Virus record (IMG/VR): IMGVR_UViG_3300025121_000014
Span: 96,001 to 160,000 of that record
Source: a virus
Lineage: Duplodnaviria > Caudoviricetes
Length of the DNA: 64,000 nucleotides
Direction: 5' to 3' (one strand)
Under the pieces are notes generated by a model. The model did no database searches, had not been told where the DNA came from, and worked only from the letters and a program-made list of their open reading frames with translations. Each line of letters opens with the position of its first letter. Positions within the stretch are counted from its first letter, which is position 1. This document shows, piece after piece, positions 21,014-30,223 of the stretch. The position numbers and the translations under genes were made by a program.

Positions 21014-23281
21014 ATGGCAAAGATATTTGATTGGGACACAAGGAAAGGAACATTGATTGATAGTGTGAGTAAAACAGCTATGGTTGCTACAAATGGTACT
21101 AGATTCAAACATACAGATAAAGGATTATCTTTTAAATTTGATAATACTGTTAGAAATTATATAACCATGCCACAAACATTTATATTATCAAAAAATGCAT
21201 CTTCAATTGTAATGTGGGTTAAAATACCAATACAAACTTCTTATATTGGTTTAGTTAATAATAATGAAGGTAGTTATAACTGGATATATTATGCAGAAGG
21301 AGAATTAAAAATTGAAGCTAATCAAAATGGTGATTGGTGGGCAGATAATATCAATATTTCATCTAAATTAAATCAATGGATAAGTATCGTTATTATAGCC
21401 AATAATGGAACAGTTCAAACGTATGTTGATAACATATTAAGAAATACAACAACTCCAAATACTGACATAATTTTAAAGTATATTGGTGCATTAGTTTGGT
21501 GGGATACTTTTAATAATAGTGTAGAAAATATCAGAACTATTTTTTATAATCACGCATTATCTGATAAAGAAAGAAATAAATTATATCAAGAATTCCTTTC
21601 TTCACGACCAATATCACCATCTAAACGTAATCTTATAACTAATAAACCAAAAGATTTAAGTTATGAATATGGATTAATTGCTGCATATAATATGAATTCA
21701 ATTGGTAATATATTACCTTATATTAGTGGGAATGGGAATAATATAACAATTTCAACAGGATGTAATTCTGTTAAAAATGGTATTATTAAATCAAATACTG
21801 ATGTTATGGAATCTAATATATATTATTCTGGTAATAATTTACCTTTTACATTTCATTTTGTACTTGAAAATTTTTCAAATGAAGGAAATACAATAAATAA
21901 ATTAGTAGGAAATAATCCAATAGGTTTAAATGGATCTTTTTACTTACTATCTACTACTAATAATATGTATTATAGAGCTGGATCTACTGAAACAATATTA
22001 TTAGGAAGTTGTGATATCTCAAATGGGAAAAGATGTGTTATAACATTTTCTTCTAATGGTACATATATAAAATATTACCTAAACGGAAATTTAATAAATA
22101 CTATAACACCAACTATAATAGAATATATGGTATATTTATCTGATAGTACTTATGGATTTGGTAAGGTTACATATAATGAAATGAAATTCTATAATAGAGA
22201 ATTATCAGAAATAGATATTATAATTTATTCGAATAAATGGGCAAAACAAATATATCAAACAGAAGATTTTTCAAATATTCCTTTATCATCTATATTACCC
22301 AAAACTTGGTCTTATGGAACTGGAGAATATATAATTTCAGAATACTCTAAACGAAAAGGTAATTTATCTTCAAATGAAATAATTTATGTTAACCCAACAT
22401 ATAATTGGGATTCTGTATCACAACAAACAGATATATCACAATATTTTATAGCAGTTAATACAACTAATAGAGCTGTATTATATTCTTTATTTAACGATAA
22501 ATTAGTAGCTGGTAAGACATATAGAGTAACAGCAGATTTAAATATCATAATTAATCAAAATGTATTACCATTTTGTAGATCAAATGATACAGCATTATCA
22601 AAATACAATATATCAGGGTATTATCAAAGATGGATAAATTATACGGGGTTGACACAATTAGATTATACTTTTGTTCATGAAACTGGATATCATTACATTG
22701 GGTTTAGAGTTGAAGCAGGTGCTCCGAATTGTACATTCGAATGTTCAAATTTTAAAGTAGAAGAAGTAAGACCATTCCTTGATTTTAAAGATGGTACAAA
22801 ATATTTAGAATGTTCAGTAGCAGGGACTATTGCATTACCAAGTAAACATGCATATGGAACTTGGGAATGGGATTGGTACAGAGCAAATAGTGATAACGCT
22901 GTTCATATTCATTATATGGCAACAGAAACAGTAGGATATAGTGAAACTACTACAAATCAAGGATATTCTGTTGGGTTTGGACAAAATCGTTTTTTTTGGT
23001 ATGAAATTGAAAATGGATCACCGTTAAATATGGTAAGATCAAGCGTTATATTCACAACTAATAAATGGTATAAATTTAAAATGATAAGAACAAATATAGG
23101 AAAACACTATTTCTATATACTAAATGAAAACGATAATCAATTTGAATTGATAAATTCAGATGATTTAGGTACTAATCCATATACAGAAAATACCACTAAA
23201 ACAACTAATTTTTTTGTTGTTAATTTAGATGCTGGAGATAGAATAACAAATATTAAAATGACAAATGGAATTGTAATTTAA
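21014..23281 (+). CDS. Multi-LamG protein
   Basis: Paralog of 15374-17224 with an extra internal module. Confidence 0.7.
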   Translation: MAKIFDWDTRKGTLIDSVSKTAMVATNGTRFKHTDKGLSFKFDNTVRNYITMPQTFILSKNASSIVMWVKIPIQTSYIGLVNNNEGSYNWIYYAEGELKIEANQNGDWWADNINISSKLNQWISIVIIANNGTVQTYVDNILRNTTTPNTDIILKYIGALVWWDTFNNSVENIRTIFYNHALSDKERNKLYQEFLSSRPISPSKRNLITNKPKDLSYEYGLIAAYNMNSIGNILPYISGNGNNITISTGCNSVKNGIIKSNTDVMESNIYYSGNNLPFTFHFVLENFSNEGNTINKLVGNNPIGLNGSFYLLSTTNNMYYRAGSTETILLGSCDISNGKRCVITFSSNGTYIKYYLNGNLINTITPTIIEYMVYLSDSTYGFGKVTYNEMKFYNRELSEIDIIIYSNKWAKQIYQTEDFSNIPLSSILPKTWSYGTGEYIISEYSKRKGNLSSNEIIYVNPTYNWDSVSQQTDISQYFIAVNTTNRAVLYSLFNDKLVAGKTYRVTADLNIIINQNVLPFCRSNDTALSKYNISGYYQRWINYTGLTQLDYTFVHETGYHYIGFRVEAGAPNCTFECSNFKVEEVRPFLDFKDGTKYLECSVAGTIALPSKHAYGTWEWDWYRANSDNAVHIHYMATETVGYSETTTNQGYSVGFGQNRFFWYEIENGSPLNMVRSSVIFTTNKWYKFKMIRTNIGKHYFYILNENDNQFELINSDDLGTNPYTENTTKTTNFFVVNLDAGDRITNIKMTNGIVI

Positions 23282-23784
23282 CTAAAAATATTAAAAAATC
23301 TAGACCATTTTAATTTTTTTCTTAATCTTTCTAAATTTCCTATATATTCTTCTGGTGTTAAAACAGTTTGCGTTATATCATTCTTATTTTCATAATTCTT
23401 ATTGTTTATATTATGTATTAATTTATAACCAATGGAATTTTTCAAATTTTGTTTAAAATTCTCATTTTCAAATAAACAATCATAAGCCATAGTAATTAAT
23501 TGTTGATATTCTTCTGAATCTCTTTTTATTGATTTAGTAAGCCAATGTAATGTTTGTGTTTCTTTCCAATTATTAAATTTCTGACCGTGTTTCCAAACAT
23601 CAATTCCATGTAATTTCCAAATTTTTTGTTGTTCAATCATACTTGGTGTTTTTAATGATTGTAAAAATCCTTCCATTGATGCAAATTTAATTCCATCTAT
23701 TTTAAAATCATAAGGGTATAAATTAGATAATAATTTTTCTAATCCTTCACCATTATAATGTATATTTAATATTTTTTTTGCCAT
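23278..23784 (-). CDS. NADAR-family / T4 gp30.3-like protein
   Basis: LSNLYPYDFKIDGIKFASMEGFLQSLK motif. Confidence 0.65.
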   Translation of the reverse strand: MAKKILNIHYNGEGLEKLLSNLYPYDFKIDGIKFASMEGFLQSLKTPSMIEQQKIWKLHGIDVWKHGQKFNNWKETQTLHWLTKSIKRDSEEYQQLITMAYDCLFENENFKQNLKNSIGYKLIHNINNKNYENKNDITQTVLTPEEYIGNLERLRKKLKWSRFFNIFS

Positions 23785-23877
23785 ATTATTGTTTATTTAA
23801 TTTATTTATACTATCTTTATGAATAAGTTTAAACAAAAGTTATTTTTTTTAATAAAAATAAAAAACAATATAAATAT

Positions 23878-24129
23878 ATGCCAGAAAAAACATTTTATTT
23901 AGAAGAATTCTTAGATAAATTATCTAAAATGGTAGATTCTTCTGAAACAGAAGAACAATTACAAGTATGTGTTAATTATATTAACCAATATAAACTACAA
24001 TTAAATAATACTATAAAAAACGATATATTCAGAAATATGACTAATCGTTATTTAGATATTATATCAGCCGATATTTTAACAAAAACATTAACACCTAAAA
24101 GAAAAAACAAAAGAAACTTAAAAAAATAA
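23878..24129 (+). CDS. Hypothetical protein
   Basis: 83-aa ORF, A-rich leader. Confidence 0.55.
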   Translation: MPEKTFYLEEFLDKLSKMVDSSETEEQLQVCVNYINQYKLQLNNTIKNDIFRNMTNRYLDIISADILTKTLTPKRKNKRNLKK

Positions 24130-24136
24130 TAAACAT

Positions 24137-24177
24137 AAATTCTTTTAAGTTTTTTTGAGTTTTCTTTGACGATTAAT
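24137..24177 (-). mobile_element. Degenerate IS200/IS605-type left-end remnant
   Basis: Minus strand TTTAT|ATTAATCG-TCAAAGAAAAC, with the same 8-nt spacing as the intact left ends. Confidence 0.5.
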
Positions 24178-24230
24178 ATAAAAATTAAATTATTTTTAAT
24201 TAATATATAATTAAAAATAATTTAATTAAG

Positions 24231-24422
24231 TTGAATGATTTATTAATTGATTACATAAAATATTTGAAAACTGATAATACTGATAATATTAATATAATAA
24301 TTGATAATATTGAAAATGATAAATTTTTTTATTATATTAAATATAGAGTTAATTCAAAAGACAGATCGGCGATAATAAGTATTAAATATTTTAATACTTG
24401 GTTAAAACATAATAACTTATGA
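24231..24422 (+). CDS. Hypothetical protein
   Basis: 63-aa ORF after a TTAATATATA motif. Confidence 0.4.
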   Translation: MNDLLIDYIKYLKTDNTDNINIIIDNIENDKFFYYIKYRVNSKDRSAIISIKYFNTWLKHNNL

Positions 24423-24449
24423 TAATAATTATTTAGAAAATTAAAAATA

Positions 24450-24725
24450 ATGGAAATATTTGTTTTTAAAGATACGGTATCAGATAAATACTTTTGTGTA
24501 AATACTTATGATATAACGTTTTATAGTGTAGAAGAAATGGAAACAAAAGGATTTAAACCAAGAATGAAATATTCATTAGATGAAGCAAAACATTTTGTAA
24601 AATGGATTTTAGACTGTATGTTAAGTGATGATATTTTACCTATACGTCCAAATTTCTATTATGGAATTGATAAAGAAAATTATAATATTGTTTACGTTAA
24701 ATTAGGAGAAATTAAAAATGACTGA
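24450..24725 (+). CDS. Hypothetical protein
   Basis: 91-aa ORF overlapping the next gene. Confidence 0.55.
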   Translation: MEIFVFKDTVSDKYFCVNTYDITFYSVEEMETKGFKPRMKYSLDEAKHFVKWILDCMLSDDILPIRPNFYYGIDKENYNIVYVKLGEIKND

Positions 24726-25113
24726 AATTAAATTAAAAGAAACAGAACTTAAAGTTAATTTATTTGCACAAGATAGATTAACTAGTGAAGAACTACTTGA
24801 TTGGTTTAAAAACTATGATAATAAACCTATTGCATTAAGAACAATTATGATGTATTTTGCGCAAGCAAGACCTACTAAAAATGAAATTGAAATGGGTATA
24901 ATTGCATCAGGACAAAAGGATACATTTACGGCGGCTGTATTACTAAGAAAATATAGTATTATTGAATTGGTTGGTAAATTAACTAATCTTCCTGATAAAG
25001 AATTGATAAAAACATTTATTTTTATAACTGCTATATTTAAAATAGCTGATACAAGACGAAGAGAAACTAAATGTAAAGATGGTTGTACACATTTTTGGCA
25101 CAATATTAAATAA
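24718..25113 (+). CDS. Hypothetical protein (C-terminal CxxxCxHxWH)
   Basis: 131-aa ORF ending KCKDGCTHFWHN. Confidence 0.6.
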   Translation: MTEIKLKETELKVNLFAQDRLTSEELLDWFKNYDNKPIALRTIMMYFAQARPTKNEIEMGIIASGQKDTFTAAVLLRKYSIIELVGKLTNLPDKELIKTFIFITAIFKIADTRRRETKCKDGCTHFWHNIK

Positions 25114-25216
25114 ACTACACATTAGATAAAGATAATATCTTAACCCAGAAAGATGATGATGGATTTGGAAAATTGGATTTTTCATATTAATATATAATAA
25201 AAACTAATATATTAAT

Positions 25217-26050
25217 ATGAAAAAATTAAAACATATAAAATTATTCGAAGAATTTGATGACTTTGAATATGTAGATGATGATGAAAATATACCAGGAAAT
25301 ACTATTGATTTGGAACAAATTAATCAAAGAGATGAACATTTTGATAGAATAAGAAAAAGTAAAGAAAGTAAACACGAAATAGCAAAACATAATCTTGAAA
25401 AATATGGAACTGTAACTTTATATGGACATCCATATATTTTTACAAGTTGTGATGTTAAGCCAGGTAAAAGAAAAGAAAAAATGTGGTATAATATAGATAT
25501 TAGTGTCGTTGGTTTATCTGAATATGAATCAGGATATAGTGGTACAGCTAGTGTAGGTATTTTAGTTAAAGTTGATCCTAATGGAAATATATTAAATATA
25601 GATACTGAATTAAATGAAAATGATTTAAATACATTAAAAGATTTTATTTCTAATGAAGCACCAGAAATAACATTAAATGAAAATTCATTTTTAGATTTAT
25701 TTGAAAGTAAAAATGCAAAACTTAAAGAAATTATGATGTACAAAGCTTATTTAAAACAAGGCAATGGTTGTGATTATACAATTGCTTGTGGTGAAACAGT
25801 TGTTAATTTAAAAGCAACTAATATGGATGATGCTAAAAAAGAAATGGAACAATTGCTTGATGAAGAATATCACGGTGATATGTCATTAGAAAGTTGTGAA
25901 ATTTTTGAAGTTAATGAAGCTGTTAGTATGGATCTTAAAGCTTTTTATTCTGATAGAACAGCAAAAATAAAAGATAAAAGAGAAGCTGATACAAAAGCTG
26001 AACGTCTAAGACAATACGAAATATTTAAAAAAGAATTTGAAAATAAATAA
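25217..26050 (+). CDS. Hypothetical protein with KHIKLFEEF leader; apparent two-gene fusion
   Basis: Internal LNENSFLDLFESKNAKLKEI is repeated at the N-terminus of the next gene. Confidence 0.65.
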   Translation: MKKLKHIKLFEEFDDFEYVDDDENIPGNTIDLEQINQRDEHFDRIRKSKESKHEIAKHNLEKYGTVTLYGHPYIFTSCDVKPGKRKEKMWYNIDISVVGLSEYESGYSGTASVGILVKVDPNGNILNIDTELNENDLNTLKDFISNEAPEITLNENSFLDLFESKNAKLKEIMMYKAYLKQGNGCDYTIACGETVVNLKATNMDDAKKEMEQLLDEEYHGDMSLESCEIFEVNEAVSMDLKAFYSDRTAKIKDKREADTKAERLRQYEIFKKEFENK

Positions 26051-26317
26051 AATATTAAGTAATGGTTAAACCATTACATTTTTTACCACCAAAGATTTTC
26101 TTTTTGGTGGTTTTTTTATATAATCTATAAAATTATAATATTGTTTATGTTAAATTAGAATAAAATTTAATTTCAAATATTTATATATAATGTAAAAAAA
26201 TATAAATAAAGATATGAAAAAACATATTGATACATTTAAAGATTTTAACGTAAAAAAATTAAATGAAAATTCATTTTTAGATTTATTTAAAAGTAAAAAT
26301 GCAAAACTTAAAGAAAT
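25672..26317 (+). repeat. 60-nt direct repeat (25672-25731 and 26258-26317), one mismatch
   Basis: ATTAAATGAAAATTCATTTTTAGATTTATTT(G/A)AAAGTAAAAATGCAAAACTTAAAGAAAT. Confidence 0.9.
26058..26117 (+). terminator. Small hairpin plus Rho-independent terminator (copy 1)
   Basis: GTAATGG-TTAAA-CCATTAC, then ACCACCAAAG..TTTGGTGGT and a T-run. Confidence 0.8.
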
Positions 26318-26672
26318 AGAAAAAAAATATATAGGAAAAATTGTATCATTTAAATTAAAAACAACCAATTCAAGTGGTATAGAAATACCGTCAAATGTTA
26401 TTAGACTAAAAGGTATAGATGGTTTTTTAAAAGATTCTCCACCAATTACAAAAGATGGAACACTTAGTAGAAAAATCAAAAGTTTTTCTTATACACCATC
26501 AAAAAAAATAGAAATTGTTTTTGAATCATTAACTGGTGAACATATTATATTAAATAGTGGATATGGTTCGATTGTATATTTAGATGGTACAGGTGAATAT
26601 GCATATATGTTTCAAGTAATAGAACCAGGAGATTTAAAACCAATAATAGAAGATATTCAAACAATTAAGTAG
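26214..26672 (+). CDS. Hypothetical protein with MKKHIDTFKDF leader
   Basis: 152-aa ORF. Confidence 0.6.
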   Translation: MKKHIDTFKDFNVKKLNENSFLDLFKSKNAKLKEIEKKYIGKIVSFKLKTTNSSGIEIPSNVIRLKGIDGFLKDSPPITKDGTLSRKIKSFSYTPSKKIEIVFESLTGEHIILNSGYGSIVYLDGTGEYAYMFQVIEPGDLKPIIEDIQTIK

Positions 26673-26736
26673 TAATGGTTTAACCATTACATTTTTTTTA
26701 CCACCAAAGAGTTTCTTTTTGGTGGTTTTTTGTTTT
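26671..26736 (+). terminator. Small hairpin plus Rho-independent terminator (copy 2)
   Basis: Near-identical to 26058-26117. Confidence 0.8.
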
Positions 26737-26788
26737 TATAAAATATTATTCGTATCTTTGTATCCAATTTAAAAAAGAAATAGAAATA

Positions 26789-28171
26789 ATGTTAGAATTA
26801 GTAGGAAAATATACAACAGCAAAAATAATGATTGATGAAGTGGAACCAGAAGCTTTATCAATGATACAATCAGTTATAGATAGTCCAGCAAGTGAAGGAT
26901 TACCAGTTGCTATAATGGTCGATTGCCATGTTGGAAAAGGTTCTACAGTTGGTTTCACAATGCCATTAGGTAATATGATTAATCCAAATTGGGTAGGTGT
27001 TGATTTATCATGTGGTATCATAGGTGGGTTTTTTAAATCCATTAAATCGTTTGATTTAGATAAAATAAATAAGAAAATAAGAGAAGAAATCCCATTAGGG
27101 TTTAATATTAATGAAAATTGTATAATAAAAAATTATCCATTAGACGAAGTTCAAATAATGGTAAATAATTTTACAAAATCTTATAATAATAAATTTGATA
27201 CAAATTTTAAAACACCGATAATTAATGATAAATGGTTATTAAATTTAATAAATAAAATTGGGATTGATAATAATAGATTTTATAATAGTTTATCGAGTCT
27301 CGGCGGAGGAAATCATTATATAGAATTGGGAATCAATGAATTAGGTGATTATTTATTAACTGTTCATACAGGTAGTAGAAATTTAGGACAAAAAGTTTGT
27401 ATGTATCATGTTAATCAAGCAAAAACACAAGTAAATATTTCACAAGACGAATATGCTAAAAAATTAGATAATATAATTTTAAATACGTTTGATAAAAAAC
27501 AAATACCTGTTAAAATTCAAGAATTAAAAAAAGAAATGAAAATAGGTATAAATACAGAATACTTACAAGGTGAATATATGTTTAATTATTTAATTGATGC
27601 TTTATTTTGTAATCATTATGCTACATTAAATAGAACTTTAATTCTTAATAAAATTAAAGTTATTTTAGGTGTTAAAAAATTTGATAATGTTGTTAATACA
27701 ATTCATAATTATTTAGATTTTAGCACTGATGATTTTATGATTAGAAAAGGTGCAGTTTCAGGTAAAAAAGATGAACTTGCTATTATTGGACTTTCGATGA
27801 AAGATGGGAATTTATTAGTAAAAGCAAAAGGGAATAAGGACTGGAATCAAAGTTTAAATCATGGTTGCGGGAGAACCATGAGTAGAAGTAAAGCTAAAAC
27901 TATGTTTTCATTAGAACAAATGCAAAAATCTATGAAAGGAATTGTTTGTGACTTGAATAACCATGTGGTTGATGAATCGGTTTTTTGTTATAAAAATGCA
28001 GATTTGATAAAAAGTTTAATGATTGAAAATGCAGATATTATTTATACATTTAAACCATTATTAAACGTAAAGGATATTGGAAAATCAATTTCTTGGAAGG
28101 AAAAGAAAAAAGAAAAAAAGAAAAGAGATTTGGAACGAAAGAACCAAAGAAAAATGAAAAGATGGCATTAG
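26789..28171 (+). CDS. rtcB: RtcB-family RNA ligase
   Basis: DCHVGKG, GVDLSCG, SLGGGNHYIE, VHTGSR, HNY, RKGA, SLNHGCGR motifs. Confidence 0.92.
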   Translation: MLELVGKYTTAKIMIDEVEPEALSMIQSVIDSPASEGLPVAIMVDCHVGKGSTVGFTMPLGNMINPNWVGVDLSCGIIGGFFKSIKSFDLDKINKKIREEIPLGFNINENCIIKNYPLDEVQIMVNNFTKSYNNKFDTNFKTPIINDKWLLNLINKIGIDNNRFYNSLSSLGGGNHYIELGINELGDYLLTVHTGSRNLGQKVCMYHVNQAKTQVNISQDEYAKKLDNIILNTFDKKQIPVKIQELKKEMKIGINTEYLQGEYMFNYLIDALFCNHYATLNRTLILNKIKVILGVKKFDNVVNTIHNYLDFSTDDFMIRKGAVSGKKDELAIIGLSMKDGNLLVKAKGNKDWNQSLNHGCGRTMSRSKAKTMFSLEQMQKSMKGIVCDLNNHVVDESVFCYKNADLIKSLMIENADIIYTFKPLLNVKDIGKSISWKEKKKEKKKRDLERKNQRKMKRWH

Positions 28172-28216
28172 TCCTCTTTTTTCTTTACTTTTCTTTTACC
28201 TTTTTTAATATTTCTA

Positions 28217-28348
28217 ATTGTTACAGTAACTATAGATAAAAATATATCAGAGTTATTAGACGAATATATGAAACAAAATGGGTATGATTATGGTGAAAAA
28301 TCCAGATTAATAGAAAAGTTTATTAAAAATCAATTAGATAAAAAATAA
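28217..28348 (+). CDS. Unannotated ribbon-helix-helix-like small ORF (no canonical start codon)
   Basis: IVTVTIDKNISELLDEYMKQNGYDYGEKSRLIEKFIKNQLDKK*, in the rtcB frame beyond its TAG. Confidence 0.45.
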   Translation: MVTVTIDKNISELLDEYMKQNGYDYGEKSRLIEKFIKNQLDKK

Positions 28349-28351
28349 ATA

Positions 28352-28383
28352 TTTGGTAGTTTAGGAAATTATTACTACCTTTG
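28352..28383 (+). promoter_or_regulatory. Bacteroidota-type housekeeping promoter
   Basis: TTTG (28352-55), 20 nt, TACCTTTG (28376-83). Further -7 boxes at 26753, 29283, 32995 (TTTG at 32971), 40386 and 44731. Confidence 0.75.
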
Positions 28384-28406
28384 TGCTAAATTAATAGTAT
28401 ATTAAT

Positions 28407-29264
28407 ATGGCAACATTAGAAACAATTAATTATCAAGAACAAGCAGAACAAATTTTAAAAGCTAATGTTGATCCAAATTGGAATCCAAATTTTGGTTGTA
28501 TGTTTATTGGTATTACAGGTAAACATCACGTTTATTACACCCTATGGAAATATTCTCCAAACAATCGTTTAAACCCATTATATTATTTAGGTAATCTATC
28601 TACAGATATCATAGAAGCAGCTAAAAAAGCTAAAAAAATTGCTGGAATTCAACCAATATCTTTTGAAAATACTGATAATCTTAAAGGTATGCAAGGTTCA
28701 GCCGAAGATGTAATCACATTTGGTAAATATAGAGGAAAAACTATTGGTGAAATATATATAGTTGATCCACAATATATTATATGGTTATCTACAAATATGA
28801 ATCCAAAAAATAAGAAGCAAGTTCAACAACAAGAAATGGCTAAAGAACTTACTACTGACTATTTTCGTTCAATGGCAGATACAAATCGTGAAACAGATAC
28901 TAAAAATTATGTTGGTCAAGTAAACGATAAAGTAGAAATAACACTTAAAATAACAAGTGCTAATACATGTACAGATTATTTTGGCGAAACTTCTTTTAAA
29001 ATTAGAGGAGAAAATGAAGAAGGTCGTTTTCAATTTTATCCTAGTGTTAAAGCACTTGCTAAATTATTGGGAATAGATGTCAAGTTTGATTATATTAAGA
29101 GTGAATATCGCACAATTAAAGTAGTTAGTGTTAAAACCATAACCGAATTAAATGTTGCCTTAGAAACACTTAAAGACACTACAATAACAATCACAGCTAA
29201 AATAAAAGAACATAAAGAAATAGTTGGAAAAAAATTTACAATATTAAATTATGTTAAATTTTAA
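28407..29264 (+). CDS. Protein with DUF3820/exonuclease X C-terminal-like FGKY domain
   Basis: ITFGKYRGKTIGEIYIVDPQYIIWL. Confidence 0.6.
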   Translation: MATLETINYQEQAEQILKANVDPNWNPNFGCMFIGITGKHHVYYTLWKYSPNNRLNPLYYLGNLSTDIIEAAKKAKKIAGIQPISFENTDNLKGMQGSAEDVITFGKYRGKTIGEIYIVDPQYIIWLSTNMNPKNKKQVQQQEMAKELTTDYFRSMADTNRETDTKNYVGQVNDKVEITLKITSANTCTDYFGETSFKIRGENEEGRFQFYPSVKALAKLLGIDVKFDYIKSEYRTIKVVSVKTITELNVALETLKDTTITITAKIKEHKEIVGKKFTILNYVKF

Positions 29265-29309
29265 TATATCAATTATATTTTTTATCTTTGTATTATAAAT
29301 TTAATTTTT

Positions 29310-29567
29310 ATGGAAAAAACTAACATAGAATTAGAAAATATTAATAAGATTTCAGAAGAATTTATTGATGGAATAGTTAACAAAAAACGTGGTATTATTA
29401 AAGTAACAACTGAATCTTATTATGAACTATACGAAACTGATGAAGAAGAATTAGAAGAATTAGCTGCTGAATGGTTTACTAAATATGGTTCATCATCTCA
29501 TGCTTACAGAGATGGTTCTAAAGTTCCATTCACTAATTTAGTAAAAGTCGAAATAATTAAAAGATAA
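29310..29567 (+). CDS. Hypothetical protein
   Basis: 85-aa ORF after TATCTTTG. Confidence 0.6.
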   Translation: MEKTNIELENINKISEEFIDGIVNKKRGIIKVTTESYYELYETDEEELEELAAEWFTKYGSSSHAYRDGSKVPFTNLVKVEIIKR

Positions 29568-29588
29568 AATAAAATTTAATATAAATTA

Positions 29589-29972
29589 TTGATTTATAAA
29601 ATGACTAAAGAAAGATTTGCCGAAATATATTGTAAAAGATTTTGTATAGTAAGTGATTATGTATCATCTACTTATATAGTAGATAGTCTTAATCATATAA
29701 TTATTTTTAAGGGTGTTGATGAAAATGATGAAGTAATAATAGAAACTACTAATACTACGATTAATGATATTATTACAGAATTTTATAAAATACCAAGTGT
29801 TCGTATTTATGGTATTATATCAGCACGTATCTGGGATTGTGAGAAAAGAAAAGTAATTAAAAATATTACTGATTTACCAGATGCTGATATTAAATCACTT
29901 AAAAGAAATCAAAAAAAATTAGAATATAATAGTCAAATATCAGAATTATTACAAAAAGTTAGATATTTATAG
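29589..29972 (+). CDS. Hypothetical protein (ends in TAG, abutting the next ATG in frame)
   Basis: ORF; likely ATG start at 29601. Confidence 0.55.
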   Translation: MIYKMTKERFAEIYCKRFCIVSDYVSSTYIVDSLNHIIIFKGVDENDEVIIETTNTTINDIITEFYKIPSVRIYGIISARIWDCEKRKVIKNITDLPDADIKSLKRNQKKLEYNSQISELLQKVRYL

Positions 29973-30218
29973 ATGAAAGAATATATAATAAATTCTCAGG
30001 AAGATTTTAAGATATTTTTGGATGAAAACTTTCCTCCAAATTTTTTAAGAAATACTATTATAAATGATTATGGATTAACAATAAATTTAGATAAAGAAGA
30101 AACAGATAAAATAGAATTAAAATTAAGGGAACTCTTACATTTTTTTCTTACTAAATTTAATATTGATACAAAATTAACAACAATTAATTGTGTTTATTAT
30201 TTATATAACTTAATTTAA
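29973..30218 (+). CDS. Hypothetical protein
   Basis: 81-aa ORF. Confidence 0.5.
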   Translation: MKEYIINSQEDFKIFLDENFPPNFLRNTIINDYGLTINLDKEETDKIELKLRELLHFFLTKFNIDTKLTTINCVYYLYNLI

Positions 30219-30223
30219 AAATT

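Noticed and set aside
28172-28213. Invertible segment between ATTAG/CTAAT 5-bp inverted repeats
   Set aside because: Inverting it in silico yields stops and does not give the RHH ORF a start; a 5-bp IR is expected by chance.
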